This document shows, piece after piece, positions 60,838-64,000 of a stretch of DNA of 64,000 nt (positions within the stretch are counted from its first letter, which is position 1; every line of letters begins with the position of its first letter). The DNA is from Macrostomum hystrix (taxonomy: Eukaryota; Animalia; Platyhelminthes), in the NCBI GenBank assembly GCA_950097015.1, contig CATNEN010000007.1, forward strand, positions 11,780,001-11,844,000, read 5' to 3'. The notes under the pieces were generated by a model, which did no database searches, had not been told where the DNA came from, and saw nothing but the letters and a program-made list of their open reading frames with translations. A program made the position numbers and the translations under genes.

Positions 60838-63671
60838 ATGGCAGGATCTGGTAAGATAGATAGTTGTGTTCTGCAATTTTTTTAGTCTGACTCTTATTAC
60901 TAATATATATTATTATCTTTTGATGTGCCTTATTATGTCTAGCCTATAGACCTTTGTCCTATGGCTGTGCTAATAAGCCTAGCAAGCCTGGTTAAGAAAA
61001 AATAGGAGAGTCAAGCATTAATAACCATAAAGTATCTTCGAATTTAGACATAGGCCTAAAGAATTATTACAATGCTCTAGTTTTGCACCTTTGATTAAAA
61101 AAAATTTTTATTAAATATTAAATATTTACTTTTTATTATAACTACTTAATATAACTATTAAAACTGTTACAAAATAGTTGTAGCCAAAGTGATTTGTTGT
61201 TGCATTGGTTGTTGCCAAAGTGGTTTCTCCCAAAGTTGATCAGATTTAGGCTAACAATGTAATGAAATCATCTCTTCCTCCTAGTCTTTCTCTCTTTCTC
61301 TTTGCCTTTGGCTATAGAAAGTGCCACATAATTTGAAAACTTATGTAAGCTTGAGTATTTACTTGCATGGCTAAGAAATTTGTTATCTTTTGTAAAATAA
61401 TTGAACATGTAAAACTAGAAGATTTTCTAGCTATATTTTAATGTGCTTTAATTGTATTGCAGTGTTGGAGGCTTTATATTTCTTAAATATCTTATAAAAT
61501 GTGTCTAATTGTTAGCTTTTGCTCAGTTTTAAAACTTCAGCCTATTTAGAATTGCAAATAATGATTTTTGTCTGGGCTAAAAAGCACACTAACATATAGA
61601 TATGAGACAGGGTCCTGTTTTCTTAGAAATCATTTTCTGAGCAAATATATTTTATGTTTCATTCTACGAAGCTTTTGTTTATATGCACCAGTTTGTTAAA
61701 TCACACCGAAAATAAAATGTTTTAATGAATTCATGGAGGTGAGGACATGAGGAGGAGGAGACGTTTTTAGTATAAATACACATGAGCAAAAAGAGAAGAA
61801 TCAACCTGCTCTTGTTTGAGAAAGGAGTTCAAAGTAAAGAAAGCTTGAATCTTGAAGTGTTCATATTGAAGTTATTTGAGAAAGAGACATTGCGAAAGAA
61901 AAAGTAAATAGAGTGAAGAAAAGCTGTAAATCTAGATCCACTGGTAAAGCCCAAGGACGGACTGGAGATTGAATTGAAGATTGAACTGACAATTAATTAG
62001 AAGACAGATTGAAGAGTAATTGAAGAGTGATAAAGACGGATAAAGAGTGATAAAGATGGATAAAGACCGGTAAAGAGTACTTATAAAAATAATACAGTGA
62101 AGTTATAAGTAGAAGTGAATATAGAGGATAAATACCGGCCATATTGAAAGTATACTCTACCATTTTGAATACATAAACGCTACCAATTTGAATTAAAAGT
62201 GCATTAAATGAATAAATTAAAGACATTCATAAGATTGACATAAAGACAGTACTTGAATACAGTGTATAAGCCCTAGGACAACTTTGGTAATAGCAGTATG
62301 ATTAAATTAGCCCTACAACAGATATGCTCAGTTCTGATTGGCTATGCACTAAGGCATGTGCAGCTTTTATTCGAGTTGCCACTATGTAAGCTATACTGAT
62401 ATATGTTGCCTTTAGGAATGGTGGTATAGCTTTAAAACATTTGTGTAGGAAAGTTGTGCACATATTTTTTTAATTTGGTAATTTTTTATCTGTGATAAAT
62501 GCAAGCATCCTGAATAGTGCAACTTTCAAAATGCTAAATCTAAATACATAGTATATTCATTCTATCTCAATTAACAAATACTTATTAGCCTAGCTAGCTA
62601 GTAAGGCCAATGAATCTTGACCTACTAGTTTGTAAAGAATATATTTCCAAACTGTGTTCAATAAATCTAAACTAAAGTCAAAAGCTAACCATCAGCAAAA
62701 TATTTAGCTCAAATTTTGCTTATTTTATACAATTTATTATTTTTTTAATGACAAAGAGATGCTGATTTTTGGTCTTATCAGTACCTAAAGTTAAAAGGAG
62801 TAAGCTTTGTTTTAAATAGCATCTATTGAGTGTTAAAAAGGCTGAATACATTTGCTTTTACAGATGATGACTTAATGACAAGTGAAGTTCTGACTGAGTT
62901 TTTGGCTACAATTCCTGGTTAGTAGACACAGCAATCTGTTAACCATTAATAATAGTGAAGAATATGTTAACCAAAATATTTTTTTTGTTTTTAGCCTCCG
63001 AAAAGGAAATAGACCAGCTGGCCAGCTCTGCTAAGGTATTTGCCTCATGACTACTTCAGCAAGAATATTTATTTCCTATCCTATTTATTGCTGTGAATAT
63101 ATTAAGTTTCTTATCATTTCAGTAGCTTGACACCCCATCAGCCAAGAGTGGAAATCCAAGCCAGATAGATACCCAATAGCCAAGGGTAAGAATCCCTTTC
63201 TGACACCCAATAAGTGTGAGAATCCCTTTCTGACACCCAATAGCCAAGTGTGAGAATCCCTTTCTGACACCCAATAGCCAAGGGTGAGAATCCCTTTCTG
63301 ACACAAAAAGCCAAGGGTGAGAACCCTATCTGACAACCAGTAGCTAAGGGTGAGAATCCCGCTAGATTCCAATTATAAGCTCTTATCGCTAAATAGGATT
63401 TCGCATTTCATGCCCATCGTGTTTTAACTCAATGCACGGCGTGCAGATTGTACTGCCAGTTCTGGCCGCCAAATACGAGGCCGAGCTTGACAAAGCCGAT
63501 CTGGAGATGATCCACGACCTGGGCAGTCTGTCCGTGAGCCAGGTGCTGGAGAAGGTGCGCCACCTGCAGGCCCTGGTGGCCGCCTACGAAAAGGATGAGC
63601 AGCGCGAGATGCAGCGGGCCAAGCTGCTCAACATCATCGACCAGCCCGCAGGCAGCAGCGGGCAGCAGTGA
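60838..63671 (+). CDS. LIN52: LIN52 (DREAM/MuvB core subunit); exons 60838-60850, 62864-62917, 62995-63035, 63447-63671
   Basis: AELDKADLEMIHDLGSLSVSQVLEKVRHLQ..DEQREMQRAKLLNII matches the LIN52 C-terminus; upstream exons join in phase (MAGSDDDLMTSEVL..). Confidence 0.88.
61694..62300 (+). mobile_element. Possible decayed LTR with PBS-like remnant in LIN52 intron 1
   Basis: Starts TGT; TATAAATA at ~61771, purine-rich body, AATAAA at ~62211, then TTTGGTAATAGCAG; no TSD found. Confidence 0.3.
63130..63365. repeat. ~35-bp minisatellite in the last LIN52 intron
   Basis: GCCAAGGGTGAGAATCCCTTTCTGACACCCAATA variants, ~6 copies. Confidence 0.88.
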
Positions 63672-64000
63672 GCCATTGGGCAGCTATGGAGTATTGGCTG
63701 GAGTATGGCAATTATGCACTTGTTTATTTCGCAGCTCCGATCTCATAATTATTACCTATTATGTCTAACTGCGTTGTGTCTAGTTTAAATGTTGTGAATT
63801 GTTCCTCTTTGTATTATTTATTTATTGTTGATGTATTTTTACTTTCTCCGGTTTGCTATGAATTAAACGGTGCTTTTTAAGTAACCATTTACTTGCTGTT
63901 GACATGGTAACCAAAATATAAAGGATTTTGCTCGGTCTGCATTTTGTTTAATTCTGCGTGTGAAAATATCTCCGGGCATTAATTGTGGCAGCTAAAACTA

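Overview
Intron-rich eukaryotic (animal) DNA. The GC3-rich exons, short introns and abundant minisatellites suggest a free-living flatworm such as Macrostomum; this is inference, not proof. The left half holds one giant + strand polycystin-1-like (PKD1L/REJ) gene. I could join 34 exons (3563-27961) in one frame, giving about 5,040 codons, and its 5' end lies upstream. Its ectodomain strings together C-type lectin, F-type lectin, LamG, kringle-like, discoidin (FA58C), PAN-like, fibrinogen-C and EGF-like modules ahead of the PKD/REJ/GAIN/PLAT/channel core. A broken paralogous copy of its 3' end follows at about 31.0-31.6 kb. The right half holds four co-oriented minus-strand genes (TOM20, a multi-C2H2 zinc-finger gene, CLCC1-like, ALKBH3-like). 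Each has a splice acceptor just before its ATG, so they may form a trans-spliced operon. They sit head-to-head with LIN52 inside an ~8 kb AT-rich, CpG-depleted domain. Interspersed elements include a decayed mariner, a Helitron, a truncated LINE, three tRNA-derived SINEs and about 10 minisatellite arrays.
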